A stretch of 61,030 bases of DNA, filler included, from Nemertoderma westbladi (GCA_032718475.1; 3 parts of 3 records of this genome joined end to end with filler, not necessarily neighbours in it), one strand, 5' to 3'; shown: positions 1-13,139, counted from the whole stretch's first letter. Numbers and translations are program-made. Notes: a model not told the origin generated them from the sequence alone.

Positions 1-203
1 TTAATAAAATGGTCCGCCAGGTTTATATTTTGACATTGAGTCGTTAACAGATCAAAGTTTACTAAAAAATATAAAAAAATTACAATTGCAATATTTTGCA
101 AAATTATTGCAATAATAGCAAAATCTAAAAAAATCGCAACTGCATTATAAGATGAAATGAGTCGACAATTTGTGGATGGATAATAAGTTGTACAAACAAA
201 CTT

Positions 204-1437
204 GAGTAATTCCATGTCAAATCATTCAGGATTTTTGACTTTTGTAACCCACCCTCTCAGAATTCGCTGAAAATTTCAAAGATCAAAAATACACATATAA
301 CAATAACTAATAAAAAATTTAAATTTAATCTCAATCCGTGCAGGGGATCAAAAGTTACAGCACTTTAAAGTTCGGTATTTTTATCGCTGTCTCAATAAAT
401 TAACGTACGTCGCGGTTGTGACTTTGTTTACTTTTTTGGTTCTATTACAATTTGTATGTTATCTAAGATCATAAAAGTTACACCCTAGGGGTTTTTTGAT
501 GCCCTGATTACGAAAATCAAGTCAGTTTTTGTCAAAAATATGTCAAAGTCAAGATACTGGGCAAAATTGACATTCTTCGGCTGGTGGAAACCTTGAAAAC
601 TGACTTCTAATAACTTTTGCTGCTTTCAATGAATAATTTTGATACTTGGTGCAAATACTCTGTGTTAATTGGAACATTTGGCAAAAAAATAATTTTTGGA
701 GTCCATGGCGTTTTGTTTTTATAGATATTTATTTGTATTTCACTAAGACAACAGGCGCGAAGGCGCATTAAGGTTGCCCAAAAATGGAAATGCCTATGCA
801 CCCCACCCCCGAAAAAAATGTACCATATGGAAAATGTGAAAATTATTGTGAAAATGTTTTAAATATTTTTAAATCTGCAAAGAATTCTCATTGTAGGCTT
901 CTTTAGTGGTATTATGGGTTTCATTTTGGGCTTCCTGCAACTGTAATGATGTATTTAGATAGACAATAATCATGTTTTAAGACCAAATCATCAATACTTT
1001 TACAGTTATTGCCTATATTTCATATTACAAGCGAAGATCTTACCTTCACTGCGAGGTGATATATAGCGGTGTATTCTGTGAAGCATTCTTATTGTGATGG
1101 TGTATGTGACTCATTTCGGGCTCATTGGAACTGGAATGGCGATTTAGATCCATAGCACCATTTAAAAAAGGCTACAATGAGAATGCTTTACTATATATCG
1201 CCTCGCAATGATAATGATCACAAAATGTGATATGCTTGTAATATGAAATATACGCAATAACAGTAAATCAAGCATTACGGTTACATGAAACCCGACATGA
1301 AACCCATAATACCACTAAAGAAGCCTAGAATGATAATTATTTGCAGATACTTTGCATTCTATTTCATCGCGATGAATTTCTAGCAATTTCTGAGAGGGTG
1401 GGTTACATGTCGTGGATGACTTGACATGGAATTACCC
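204..1437. mobile_element. Non-autonomous DNA transposon (MITE) with G(A/G)GTAATTCCATGTCAA terminal inverted repeats
   Basis: Left end GAGTAATTCCATGTCAA...GTAACCCACCCTCTCAGAA is mirrored by TTCTGAGAGGGTGGGTTAC...TTGACATGGAATTACCC at the right end. An internal inverted pair lies at ~875-1100 vs ~1165-1350. No ORF and no clear TSD. Confidence 0.8.
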
Positions 1438-1739
1438 AATTACAATATTTGGTCTAGAAGTCCAAAAATACCAAAATACAAAATATTTTCAAAAAAGGTC
1501 CAAAAATTGGGATATTTTTTAATATATGCTCCAATTTTTAATATTTCAAAATTTTGTCTGTACACTTTGTTCAGAACCACCTTGACACTATTTGTGCCAA
1601 AAATCAGCGATTTTCGGCAGAGCCTTAGAATTTTGCAACTGAAAAAATAGAATTGCGTGAAAACGCATTTAAATTTGGTCGTTAGGGTCATTTTTTCATT
1701 TAAATGTTAGAATTTACAGAACCCTGCTGAAAATTTTGT

Positions 1740-2097
1740 TGAAAGGGTTTTCCGGGTCGCTGATTTCATTTCTGAAGTCAGTTTTCTCATTTGACTGCGT
1801 CATGTCTGTCTGAATTGATGTCGGTCTATCCGTCATAATATGGACAACAGCTTAATAAACAATTTTGTTGACGTAATACATGAAAACAGACATCGGAAAT
1901 GAAATCAGCAACCATGAAAAACCCCCATAACAAAATGTTTAGCTAGTTGGTATGCGTTCCTATTACTTTCACAGACAGATCACCGGACAGACAGAAAATC
2001 CGACAGAAAGACATACAGACATAGTAGGTTTGGGTAAAAGTGAAAACTGGCGTCGGGAATGAAATCAGCATCCAGGATAACCCCCATAACAGATGGG

Positions 2098-2100
<3 letters not shown>
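1740..2100. repeat. Dispersed repeat family (CTGATTTCATTTCTGA.GTCAGTTTT + GTCT microsatellite)
   Basis: The motif occurs here in both orientations and again at ~8580-8880, 37180-37710 (tandem) and 59670-59800. Confidence 0.65.
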
Positions 2101-2128
<28 letters not shown>

Positions 2129-2159
2129 TTAAGCGGGTTCTGTTGACGTCACAGCACCA

Positions 2160-5100
2160 GCACATACTACTAGTTTTAAACGGGTTCTGAATATTACATT
2201 ATACAGCACGTCATATTAATACACTAGTTTTAAGCGAGTTCTGAGTTTGCAAGACTTACTACTACCGGGTAGTTCTAATCGGATTCTGACTTAACGGGTT
2301 GATATTAATACATTAATTTTGGTGAGGTAATTTAGGTGAGTTCTGATTTAGCAGCACTTACTACTAGTTTTAAATCGGTTCTGACTTTGCATCATATATA
2401 ATACACTAGTTCTAAACGGGTTCTGTATTTACAGCACATATTATTACACTAGTTCTAAACGGGTTCTGACTTTGCATCACATATTACTACACTACTGTAC
2501 TTCTAAACGGGTTCTGATTTTACAGCACATATTAATACAGTAGTTCTAAACGGGTTCTGATTTTACAGCACATATTTATATACTAGTTCTAAACCGGTTC
2601 TGAATTTACAGTACATATTAATACACTAGTTCTAAACGGATTCTGATTTTACAGCACATATTAATACACTAGTTCTAAACGGGTTCTGACTTTGCATCAC
2701 ATATTAATACACTAGTTCTAAACGGATTCTGATTTTACAGCACATATTAATACACTAGTTCTAAACGGGTTCTGATTTTACAGCACATATTAATATACTA
2801 GTTCTAAACCGGTTCTGAATTTACAGTACATATTAATACACTAGTTCTAAACGGATTCTGATTTTACAGCACATATTAATACACTAGTTCTAAACGGGTT
2901 CTGACTTTGCATCACATATTAATACACTAGTCCTAAACGGATTCTGATTTTACAGCACATATTAATACACTAGTTCAAAACCGGTTCTAAATTTACAGTA
3001 CATATTAATACACTAGTTCTAAACGGGTTTTCTGAATTTACAGCTCATATTAATACACTAGTTCTAAACCGGTTCTGAATTTACAGCACATATTAATACA
3101 CTAGTTCTAAACGGGTTCTGACTTTGCATCACATATTAATACACTAGTTCTAAACGGGTTCTGACTTTGCATCACATATTAATAAGTTCTAAACAGGTTC
3201 TGAATTTACAGTACATAATAATACACTAGTTCTAAACGGGTTTTCTGAATTTACAGCACATATTAATACACTAGTTCTAAATCGGTTCTGAATTTACAGC
3301 ACATATTAATACACTAGTTCTAAACGGATTCTGATTTTACAGCACATAATATTACATTAGTTCTAAACGGGTTCTGAATTGACAGCACATATTAATACAC
3401 TAGTTCTAAACGGGTTCTGATTTTACAGCACATATTATTACACTATTTCTAAACGGGTTCTGATTTTACAGCACATATTAATATACTAGTTCTAAACGGG
3501 TTCTGAATTTGCATCACATATTAATAAGTTCTAAACAGGTTCTGAATTTACAGTACATATTAATACACTAGTTCTAAACGGGTTCTGACTTTGCATCACA
3601 TATTACTACACTACTGTACTTCTTAATGGGTTCTGATTTTACAGCACATATTAATACACTAGTTCTAAACGGGTTCTGATTTTACAGCACATATTAATAT
3701 ACTAGTTCTAAACGGGTTCTGAATTAACAGCACATATTAATACACTAGTTCTGAACGGGTTCTGACTTTGCATCACATATTAATACACTAGTTCTAAACC
3801 GGTTCTGAATTTACAGTACATATTAATACACTAGTTCTAAACGGATTCTGATTTTACAGCACATATTAATACACTAGTTCTAAACGGGTTCTGACTTTGC
3901 ATCACATATTAATACACTAGTTCTAAACGGATTCTGATTTTACAGCACATATTATTACACTAGTTCTAAACCGGTTCTGAATTTACAGTACATATTAATA
4001 TACTAGTTCTAAACGGGTTTTCTGAATTTACAGCACATATTAATACACTAGTTCTAAACCGGTTCTGAATTTACAGCACATATTAATACACTAGTTCTAA
4101 ACGGATTCTGATTTTACAGCACATAATATTACACTAGTTCTAAACGGTTTCTGAATTTACATCACATATTAATACACTAGTTCTAAACGGGTTCTGATTT
4201 TACAGCACATATTAATACACTAGTTCTAAACCGATTCTGAATTTACAGCACATATTAATACACTAGTTCTAAACGGGTTCTGATTTTACAGCACATATTA
4301 ATACACTAGTTCTAAACGGGTTCTGACTTTGCATCACATATTAATACACTAGTTCTAAACCGGTTCTGATTTTACAGCACATATTAATATACTAGTTCTA
4401 AACGGGTTCTGAATTTACAGCACATATTAATACACTAGTTCTAAACGGGTTCTGATTTTACAGCACATATTATACACTAGTTCTAAACGGGTTCTGACTT
4501 TGCATCACATATTAATACACTAGTTCTAAACCGGTTCTGAATTTACAGCACATATTAATACACTAGTTCTAAACGGGTTCTGAATTTACAGCACATATTA
4601 ATACACTAGTTCTAAACGGATTCTGATTTTACAGCAAATATTAATACACTAGTTCTAAACGGATTCTGATTTTACAGCACATATTAATACACTAGTTCTA
4701 AACGGGTTTTCTGAATTTACAGCACATATTATACACTAGTTCTAAACCGGTTCTGAATTTACAGCACATATTAATACACTAGTTCTAAACGGATTCTGAT
4801 TTTACAGCACATATTAATACACTAGTTCTAAACGGGTTCTGACTTTGCATCACATATTAATGCACTAGTTCTAAACCGGTTCTGAATTTACAGCACATAT
4901 TAATACACTAGTTCTAAACCGGTTCTGAATTTACAGTACATATTAATACACTAGTTCTAAACGGATTCTGACTTTACGGCACATATTAATATACTAGTTG
5001 TAAACGTGTTCTGTCTTTTCAGCACATAGGCCTACTACTAGTTTTAAACCGGTTCTGACTTTGCATCATATACAGTATTAATACACTAAGTTCTAAACTA
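2160..5100. repeat. 43-bp tandem satellite, ~2.9 kb
   Basis: Unit CACATATTAATACACTAGTTCTAAACGGGTTCTGATTTTACAG repeated head-to-tail with no unique spacers; degenerate at both edges. Confidence 0.97.
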
Positions 5101-5400
5101 CTAGGACTAGGATCGGCATGCTGCATTGCAGCTGCATTTTTAAGAATGCTGTGCTGGCTTGTCGACAAAATTGCGCCGCCACAACTCCCTATCACCCATG
5201 ACATTTGCTAGATCATCCGCATCTTCAGTGTCCTTTAAGATGCATCTCAAGAAAGTCAAGGGCTTTCCACCATGCTTATTCACTCCATTAGGCTGCCAAA
5301 GCACACGATTATGCACTGGCTGGTCCTCACGGCGAAAGCAATGTCCTGCAAAGTGGAGGCGACTTTGTTCTAGTGTCAAGCTTGGGGGAACCAATGAGAC
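5101..5400 (-). mobile_element. 3' fragment of an RTE-like LINE
   Basis: ORF 5140-5394 reads RLHFAGHCFRREDQPVHNRVLWQP...DRELWR, typical of the RTE ORF C-terminus. It ends in a short TAG-type tail. A close copy lies on the + strand at ~54060-54355. Confidence 0.8.
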
Positions 5401-5544
5401 ACCTCCAATGTCTCATTACGTGCCATTAATGTCTCCATAAGTTCTAAATAGAGAAGGATGAATAGACCGTAATGTTGAAAAGTGATTGTTTTCTGCGTTC
5501 AATAATTTAGGCCAATACGCTGAGAAGTCTAATGTTCCAAAAAT

Positions 5545-6428
5545 CAATATTGGTGTAGAGTAAGGGTAGTCTCGCGAAGACAAAAAAATAAGGGTGTAGA
5601 GTAGGGGTAGTCGTGAAGACAAAAAAAACAAAGGTGTAGAATAGGGGTAGTCGCGAAAAAAAAACCAATAAGGGTGTAGAGTAGGGGTAGTCGTGTGAAG
5701 ACATAAAACAATAAGGGTGTAGAGTAGGGGTAGTGGCGAAGATAAAAAACCAATAAGGATGTAGAGTAGGGGTAGACGGAGACGCGATGACAAAATAACA
5801 ATAATGGGTAGGTTAATAGTAGATGCGAAGACAAAAAATCAATTAGGGTATAGAGTAGGGGTAGTCCTGAAGACAAAAAAAACCAATAAGGGTGTAGAGT
5901 AGGGGTAGTCCTGAAGACAAAAAAACAATAAGGGTATAGAGTAGGGGTAGTCCTGAAGACAAAAAATCAATAAGGGTGTAGAGTAGGGGTAGTCGTGAAG
6001 ACAAAAAACCAATAAGGGTGTAGAGTAGGGGTAGTCCTGAAGGCAAAAAACAATAAGGGTGTAGAGTAGGGGTAGTCCGGAAGACAAAAAACCAATAAGG
6101 GTGTAGAGTAGGGGTAGTCCGGAAGACAAAAAACCAATAAGGGTGTAGAGTAGGGGTAGTCGTGAAGACAAAAAACAATAAGGGTGTAGAGTAGGGGTAG
6201 TCGTGAAGACAAAAAACCAATAAGGGTGTAGAGTAGGGTTAGTCGTGAAGACAAAAAACCAATAAGGGTGTAGAGTAGGGGTAGTCCTGAAGGCAAAAAA
6301 CAATAAGGGTGTAGAGTAGGGGTAGTCCGGAAGACAAAAAACAATAAGGGTGTAGAGTAGGGGTAGTCGTGAAGACAAAAAACCAATAAGGGTGTAGGGT
6401 AGGGGTAGTCGTGAAGACAAAAAACCCA
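5545..6428. repeat. ~41-bp G-rich tandem minisatellite
   Basis: Unit AATAAGGGTGTAGAGTAGGGGTAGTCGTGAAGACAAAAAACC. The overlapping minus-strand ORFs here are translations of the repeat. Confidence 0.95.
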
Positions 6429-7399
6429 ATTTTTAATTTTACGATTTTGACTTTTTGATTTTACGTTTTTGACTTTAGTGTTTCCCGTAGGCCCTATCTA
6501 TAAATACCACAAGATTTGTATTGTACAGTACTGATGGTTTCTTTTATAAATATTGGTACAAGGTAGTCGACAACGCCATTATTTATAATCCGAAAATTGA
6601 TTGCGTTAGAACACTGGCACAGTGCGCTTACAATGTACAAACTACTGTACAAACCCTTCGACGCTAAACACCCAATTACCAACAAGACGCAATTGAATTA
6701 TTACTAATAATGAGTCTCTCTGAATTTTTATCCCACATTCAGTTTCATATAATTTTGGTGCTCAAGTAAAACCCTAAATTGAACAATTATTTATTTTATA
6801 ATTCTAATACTGCAGTATTTCTTTTTACAAAAAGAAAGTACAGTAAGTCAAATTTTTTGTCCGACTTTTTCGTTCGCAGTTTCGCGGAATAGTAAAAGCA
6901 TATTTTTTCGAAGCAGAAAGCCTGTTAAATAATGCTTTTCCTATTTCAAGGAATTGCGGAATATAAATAGGACAAACAAGATTTATTTTACAGCATTTAT
7001 TAGTTATTATAGGCCTACTGCTTTTTTTAGTGTTGTTTAGTATTCATTACCATGGTTACGTAGATTATAGGCCTATCGTATTACATATTTTACATAAAAT
7101 AATTTTTCGTATAATAAATTACAGACAAATATGGTTTTCTTAAAGGTATCAGTAGATGTGTGATTTTAGGTCATTTTTTTCTAAACATTAAATTACTTTT
7201 ATCTGATACCATTTTATTAATAAGTTCTGGTTAGAATAGTTAGAATAAATATAATTTTTCATATACCATTAAAGACTTTATATCGTTTATTGACGCTTTT
7301 TTTCCGAGTTTTTTTCTAATATTTATACTTCTATTATTTTTCTCTAGCTATACTGGAGGGGGGGGGGGGGGGGGGTGGGGGACTGCACACTAGTGCGCA

Positions 7400-7672
7400 T
7401 TACACCCCCCCCCCCCCCCCCCCCCCCAGTATAGCACCCCATTCCACTAGGGTGAATCCCCACCCCCCAGTCCAAAACCCCGCACTACTACGGTACACCC
7501 CACTCCCACAATACAGCACCCCACACTAGGGTGCACCCACACTCCAGCACCCCATTCCACTAGGGTGAATGCCCACCCCCCAGTTCAGCACCCCACACCA
7601 GTAGGGTGCATCCCCCAAGTCCAACACCCCACACCACTACGGTACACCCCACGCCCACATTACAGCACCCTA
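7400..7672. repeat. Degenerate C-rich tandem repeat
   Basis: Recurring CAGCACCCC(A)...CACTAGGGTG and ACTACGGTACACCCCAC units, preceded by poly-G and poly-C tracts. Confidence 0.7.
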
Positions 7673-7727
7673 TATTAAAATAACCAATTGCCAAATATTA
7701 TTATTTACCGCATGCTATTGATATATA

Positions 7728-10317
7728 CACCATGTCCTGGAATATAGTGTCGTTATTCAGGTACCTGCCGACACTCCCCCCCCCCCCCCCCCCCCCAATT
7801 TTTTCTACAAATCGTATTGAGATTGCATGAAATTTGAAACAGAGATAGTTTCACCTCCTTCCCCCTCCGTGGGTGAGCCAGAATTTTTATTTTTGCTTTC
7901 AATCTTTAGCTACAAGCGTTTCAAAAAGATTCATGATATTTCACCAGTTACACTCCAGTTATTCTTCAACTTTAAAGTGATTTGTTGGTACTGATGGAAA
8001 GCTGGCCATGTAAGTATTCCAAATATGTAACATAATCTGAATTTGGTTGGGAAATAGCTGAGATATGAGCGTTTAAAAGTTGCATGGTTTTGCATCTGCA
8101 TGAGGATATTTTATTCTATTAAATAAAAATACCATATTCTAGAACATTTTGTTTATTTATGAATAGCTAAGTAATAGTATAATTAAAGAGGTATTGCATT
8201 GTTGCCCAGCTACGTATGGAATAAACAAAATGTTCTAGAATATGGTACATTAATTAAGGGGGGGGGGGGGGGGTATAGTAATTTTGGTCAAAAAATTTGA
8301 TTTTTTTTTAAAATTTCATCAAGAGCAGAATTTTATGAGGATTTTAAATCTGAAAACGGTACATTTCGGTACACGGTCTATTTAACTTCTGAGTTGTGGC
8401 GGCTTTTCTAACCGTATGTCGGTCTGTCTGATCAAAATTATTATAAAGCACCTGTCGGTTTGCCTGACGAAGTCTAAGAAAGTACTCCATATACTACTAT
8501 AACTATAGCTACAATAACTATAACTTTTGTTACCGTGTTTTAATTCGGTAACTTAATTTCTCGAGTCAGTTCTAATATTTTGCAGAATCTAGACTGCTAT
8601 ATGTCTGTCTGTTCATTCTGTCGGTCAGTCTGTCGAAATGTAAGCAAGCACACAACCCAGCTAAAATTTTCGTTTTCTTGGTCGGAGATTTCATTTCTGA
8701 AGTCAGTTTTTACATTTGACGACGTCGTGTCTGTCTTTGTGGATGTCGGTCTGTCAGTCAGTCTGTCAAAATATTACTGACAGTCGGATAACCAAACATA
8801 CAGCTTGGCTGCCATCAAACAAAAAAACTGTCATTGGAAATTAAATCACCATCCAGAAAAACCCTAACAGAAAAATTGTTGTCTGAGTGAAAACTTGTGA
8901 ATATTGTGAAAAATTGTGAAAACTAAAATATGAAAAGTAGCGTTTTATTCCATACTGGGGTAAAGTTAACTTTTCTTAATAGTAATAAAACGTTAACACC
9001 TATCCTCTAGTAAATGATTTCAGAACTACTTATTTTGTTTTGTATTAGTATTAATTCAAGTTTCATGTCAGTCATATGTGTAATACTCCAATAGTCTAAT
9101 AAAAATTAATATTTGTTCTATAAATAAGGCTTCACTTAATTTATCGTGCTGCGCGAAGGCTTTCTTTCACCCTGCTAAATATTGTTAAAATCAATATTGT
9201 TATGTTGCCAATTTGGTTTTGTTTGTTACTTTTTATTAGGTACAAAATTTGCACCAAAGATTGATTCGAAAAATACTACAAAGGAAAAAGGAAAAATCCA
9301 TATTACTAAAAATGGCGGGAAGGTTTGAATTATTATAACCGAACTTTAATGCGATTTCACTCAAAACTATTTTTTGAACATATTCAAAAATGGGAAACAC
9401 GTTTTCTCCGCCATTTGCGAACCGATTTTCAATCTGTTTTTTGTTTTGGAATGCTCAGAAACTGGGCAATAAAATGAACGAACAGAATTTTGAAAAAAAA
9501 ATTAGAAAAAAGTTATGGTGACTTTTTCCTAAAATTTTGGAATTTTTCATCGAAACATCACAAAATTTGATATAATTCCAAAACTGTGAGGTCTAGAAAA
9601 ATTCTGCTCGTTCACTTTGATGCGGGTATAATAATTCTCAATAAAACAGAAAAAGAATTTTAAAAATCCATTGAGAACTAAATGAGAAATCGTGTTTCTA
9701 CTGTTTCGTAATTTGTCCTCATTAATTATGTTAATGTATGCATAATTAAGCTAATTACGTTAATTATTGTGGGTTTTTTTGTTAAGTTAATGACCCATCT
9801 TTTAGTTTTGAAATGGGACTATATTCAAGAAAAAGCATTCATATCTTCAAAAGTTACACGCTGAATACATAAACCCACCAAATCGTTGTAAAATTCCTAT
9901 ACCTACCCCCCCACCCCCCCTACTTAAATATAATAAATGGCCTGCAGGGGAAGCAAATACATGCAACATTCGAATGCCCATATCTCAGGTGTTTCCCAAC
10001 CAAATTCAAATATTTTTACATATTTGGAATCCTTGCTTGGGCAGCTTTCTATTGGTACCATCAAATCACTATAAGATATGAAGAATGATTGCACTGTGAC
10101 CTGTGAAATATCGCCGGAGACACCTTTTTCAAATACTTGTAGCTAAAGATTGAAAGCAAAAATAAAAATTCTGGCTCACCCACGGAAGAGGAGGGAGGTG
10201 AAACTATCTCTGTTTCAAATTTCATGCAATCTCCTTAAGATTTGTAGAAAAAAAAAATTTTTTTTGGGGGGGGGGGGCAGGTACCTGAATAACGACACTA
10301 TATTCCAGGACATGGTG
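7728..10317. mobile_element. Non-autonomous Tc1/mariner-type element with long TIRs and TA TSD
   Basis: TA|CACCATGTCCTGGAATATAGTGTCGTTATTCAGGTACCTGCC ... GGCAGGTACCTGAATAACGACACTATATTCCAGGACATGGTG|TA. Inverted similarity extends ~350 bp inward. No transposase ORF. Confidence 0.88.
8258..9923. mobile_element. Nested TTAA-flanked element with G-rich termini (Kolobok-like, non-autonomous)
   Basis: TTAA|GGGGGG..GGTATAGTAATTT at left and AAATTCCTATACCTACCCCCCC..CTAC|TTAA at right. It sits between the two TIRs of the 7728-10317 element. Confidence 0.6.
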
Positions 10318-10575
10318 TAAATAATGTGTTAAATTGTTAAACCTTCAGCAAATAAACTTTTATTTGCTTCAGGTTGATATATCGCACTCCTAGAACAGAT
10401 GATATTCTCTGTATATTGATAATTCTCCCTTCACCCATTAGGCACATAAAAGCTCGCTTAGGAATACATAATCTATCCGTTAGATTAACAATTACAAATA
10501 TTTGTTCTGAAATAATTGAACAGTTTTGGTGTTTTAGTTCTACAAATTCTTAGTAAGTACAGTCTCCCTTATATT

Positions 10576-12276
10576 CTAGATGTCTCCCATGGAGTCAGGC
10601 ATAGGTTTTCCCCGAGTTTCTGGAAGAAGAAGGGCTAACAGCCCCGACGCGACGCAAATCGCACCGTAGAGACAGGATGGGAGCAACCGGCTGTCTACGA
10701 GCATAATGAGTGGCACGGAACCGGCCCCCAACCGGGACATCATGTAGTTAAACCCGATGAGTTGCGATCGGATATTCGTGGGGTACAACTCGGCGGCCCA
10801 CACGACGACCATGGCCCATCCGCAACTGATTCCCAGCTTCCCGCCCATCGATACTCCGGTTTTCAACCAGCCGTCCGCGACGTCATCAGGGATCGCCGCC
10901 GAACCCAGACACGCCAATCCCGTGAACACGAGTACCACTGCCATTGGGAACTTCCTACCAAGTCTACTCTGCATGTAAAACCCAATGACCGTCCCAACCA
11001 ATTCCGTTAAGGCGGATATTACATTTGTGATGAAAAAGTCTGTAGGTAAAGCTGCCACGCCAAGAACTAATCCCCACCACGTGGCAGCCAGAGCTATAAA
11101 CACCGCATTCAATATCATAATTCGTTTCATCAACTGGAAATTGCGTAATAACTGGAGGTAAGAAAATCCATCGTTTGAAGGTTTTATTCCAACATCATCA
11201 TCATTTTGGTCTACTCTCGAGGATTTTCCACCTGCGGTTTCTAATCTTTTGTTTTCGATGCTTTTACGTAGTTTATCCTCGACATCTCGAGGCAGCACTT
11301 TTCTATTAATCCTAGCTATACGATGGAGGACTCGTTTGGCCTTCTCCCATTGGCCAGTAACAGCCAACCATCTGGGGGATTCTGGACACCAAAAGTAATA
11401 CAGACAATAAATCAGGGGCGGGATCACCTGCGACAGATGGAAGTAGTACCAATCCACCCTACGAAGTAGATAGGAGAACAAGGTTCCGTACAACATCCCC
11501 AATCCGAACATTGCCTCAGCTGATACCCCTACAATCGACCTGTATTTCGTTCCAACCATTTCCGTTCCCAACACAATTCCGCTGTTCCACAGGGAAAGAT
11601 AACTCACCCCCACCACGAACCTTTGCAGAATAAAGAACGTTATGTCACCGGGCATAACGTACAAGGCGATTTGCGCCAAAGCCTGAAGCAAAGTGCCGGA
11701 GAATATAGCCGTTCGGCGGCCCCATTTATCGGCAATTAAACCAAAGAGACCCGACCCCAAAATAGTGGCTAATAAAAACGCGGTTTTTGCGAACTGCAAC
11801 CCCGGCCTCTTATCGCACACAAATTGAGCCGCCATCGTCAGGGTATTAGTGAATACAGACGTATTAAAATGCCATCCTTCGATGCAATAAATTGTTGATT
11901 GATTTATCACGGAATTCCCGTCCGCTTCTACGGAATGACCTTCAGTAATATTATACATGATACACTGCTCTAATTCGCCGTCTTTTTTTCTTGGAATATA
12001 CTTGTCAATAACGTCTTTGTGCCCATATTCTGTGGAATTTAGAAACGATGCTACGGAGCAGTGGTAGCCGTTGTTGGCATCTAGGAATACCATCTCCATG
12101 GCGCAGAGTGCCGGGATAGAACCACAAAATATCGTAATGAAAGTAAACACGAAGATACGTTGGAATCGCCCAAAGCCGCCTATGTACTCCCAAACATCGT
12201 CAAATGCAAAGTCACTTTCAGTATCAGTTTGCTCGATTCCCTTTTCCAGAAGTTCACTGGTTTTATGTTCTTCCAT
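10576..12276 (-). CDS. SLC22-family (organic cation/anion) MFS transporter, 566 aa, single coding exon
   Basis: Motifs FDDVWEYIGGFGRFQR, Cys-containing loop after TM1, ADKWGRR, PESPRWL, AELYPTNIRS, LPETRG; multiple hydrophobic segments. AATAAA on the minus strand near 10360. Confidence 0.95.
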   Translation of the reverse strand: MEEHKTSELLEKGIEQTDTESDFAFDDVWEYIGGFGRFQRIFVFTFITIFCGSIPALCAMEMVFLDANNGYHCSVASFLNSTEYGHKDVIDKYIPRKKDGELEQCIMYNITEGHSVEADGNSVINQSTIYCIEGWHFNTSVFTNTLTMAAQFVCDKRPGLQFAKTAFLLATILGSGLFGLIADKWGRRTAIFSGTLLQALAQIALYVMPGDITFFILQRFVVGVSYLSLWNSGIVLGTEMVGTKYRSIVGVSAEAMFGLGMLYGTLFSYLLRRVDWYYFHLSQVIPPLIYCLYYFWCPESPRWLAVTGQWEKAKRVLHRIARINRKVLPRDVEDKLRKSIENKRLETAGGKSSRVDQNDDDVGIKPSNDGFSYLQLLRNFQLMKRIMILNAVFIALAATWWGLVLGVAALPTDFFITNVISALTELVGTVIGFYMQSRLGRKFPMAVVLVFTGLACLGSAAIPDDVADGWLKTGVSMGGKLGISCGWAMVVVWAAELYPTNIRSQLIGFNYMMSRLGAGSVPLIMLVDSRLLPSCLYGAICVASGLLALLLPETRGKPMPDSMGDI

Positions 12277-13139
12277 TATTCGACGTAGTTCAGTGTAATA
12301 AGTTTATTTAACTATTTAACAACTTTTTCGCTCTAAATTTTTTTTTTTGAAAAAGTGAAGTCTATTAAAATTAAAAAACGGCAAAATAATTGTCACTTTA
12401 TTTATAATGTGTTTTGTTTATATATTTTACTACAAATAATATATAATTCTACTAGTTTCGAGAATATTTAATTATTTGCATAATTATTTATTTCAAAATC
12501 GCAATCAATGTCTGCCAATCTCTATAATTAAACTATAATTAAAGTTTAGTAATTGGCAGCAATGCTGACTTGGTGATAATAAAATAATTTAATAGTAAAA
12601 TACTGTAGTTGTGGACTAAGGCATGAGATCAGTAGGGTGGTTAATAATAACGCCAGGGAGGGGCGGGTTTCCGAATTTAACAATAATTTAATAATTGCAC
12701 CGAATTCCACACACACATAAATCATCGTCCAATAAAATCTTTGATCATTTTTATTGAATTGGAAACAAAAACAGGGCATAAACACACATTTTAACTTTAG
12801 TATCGCTTATAAAAAAACAATGTTCCATATATAAATCACTGATTGAATAAATTATAATAATTAGTAATAGTAATATAATTATAAATAGTGGAAGATATCA
12901 CCAGTACATGTAGTATCCCAGTAATATTCAACTCAGAAGTACTGCTGGAGACTTGCCGTCTTTTCAGAACAGCGAGAGAACGAAACTTCCTTCTTGAGAA
13001 CTATGTACCTATCTGGGCCGGGATTCACCTGTAATTCTTTGAAAAGGAAATCAAGCCAATATACATATAATTACACGTTCGTGGGCCCTATTAAACGCAG
13101 CATGACAATCAGTTAACCTGAGAAACTGCAATCCGAGTA

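Noticed and set aside
2160-5100. CRISPR-like array
   Set aside because: Contiguous 43-bp monomers with no unique spacers and no cas genes, in a eukaryotic context.
5416-6429. Hydrophobic multi-frame ORFs
   Set aside because: Translations of the 41-bp minisatellite.
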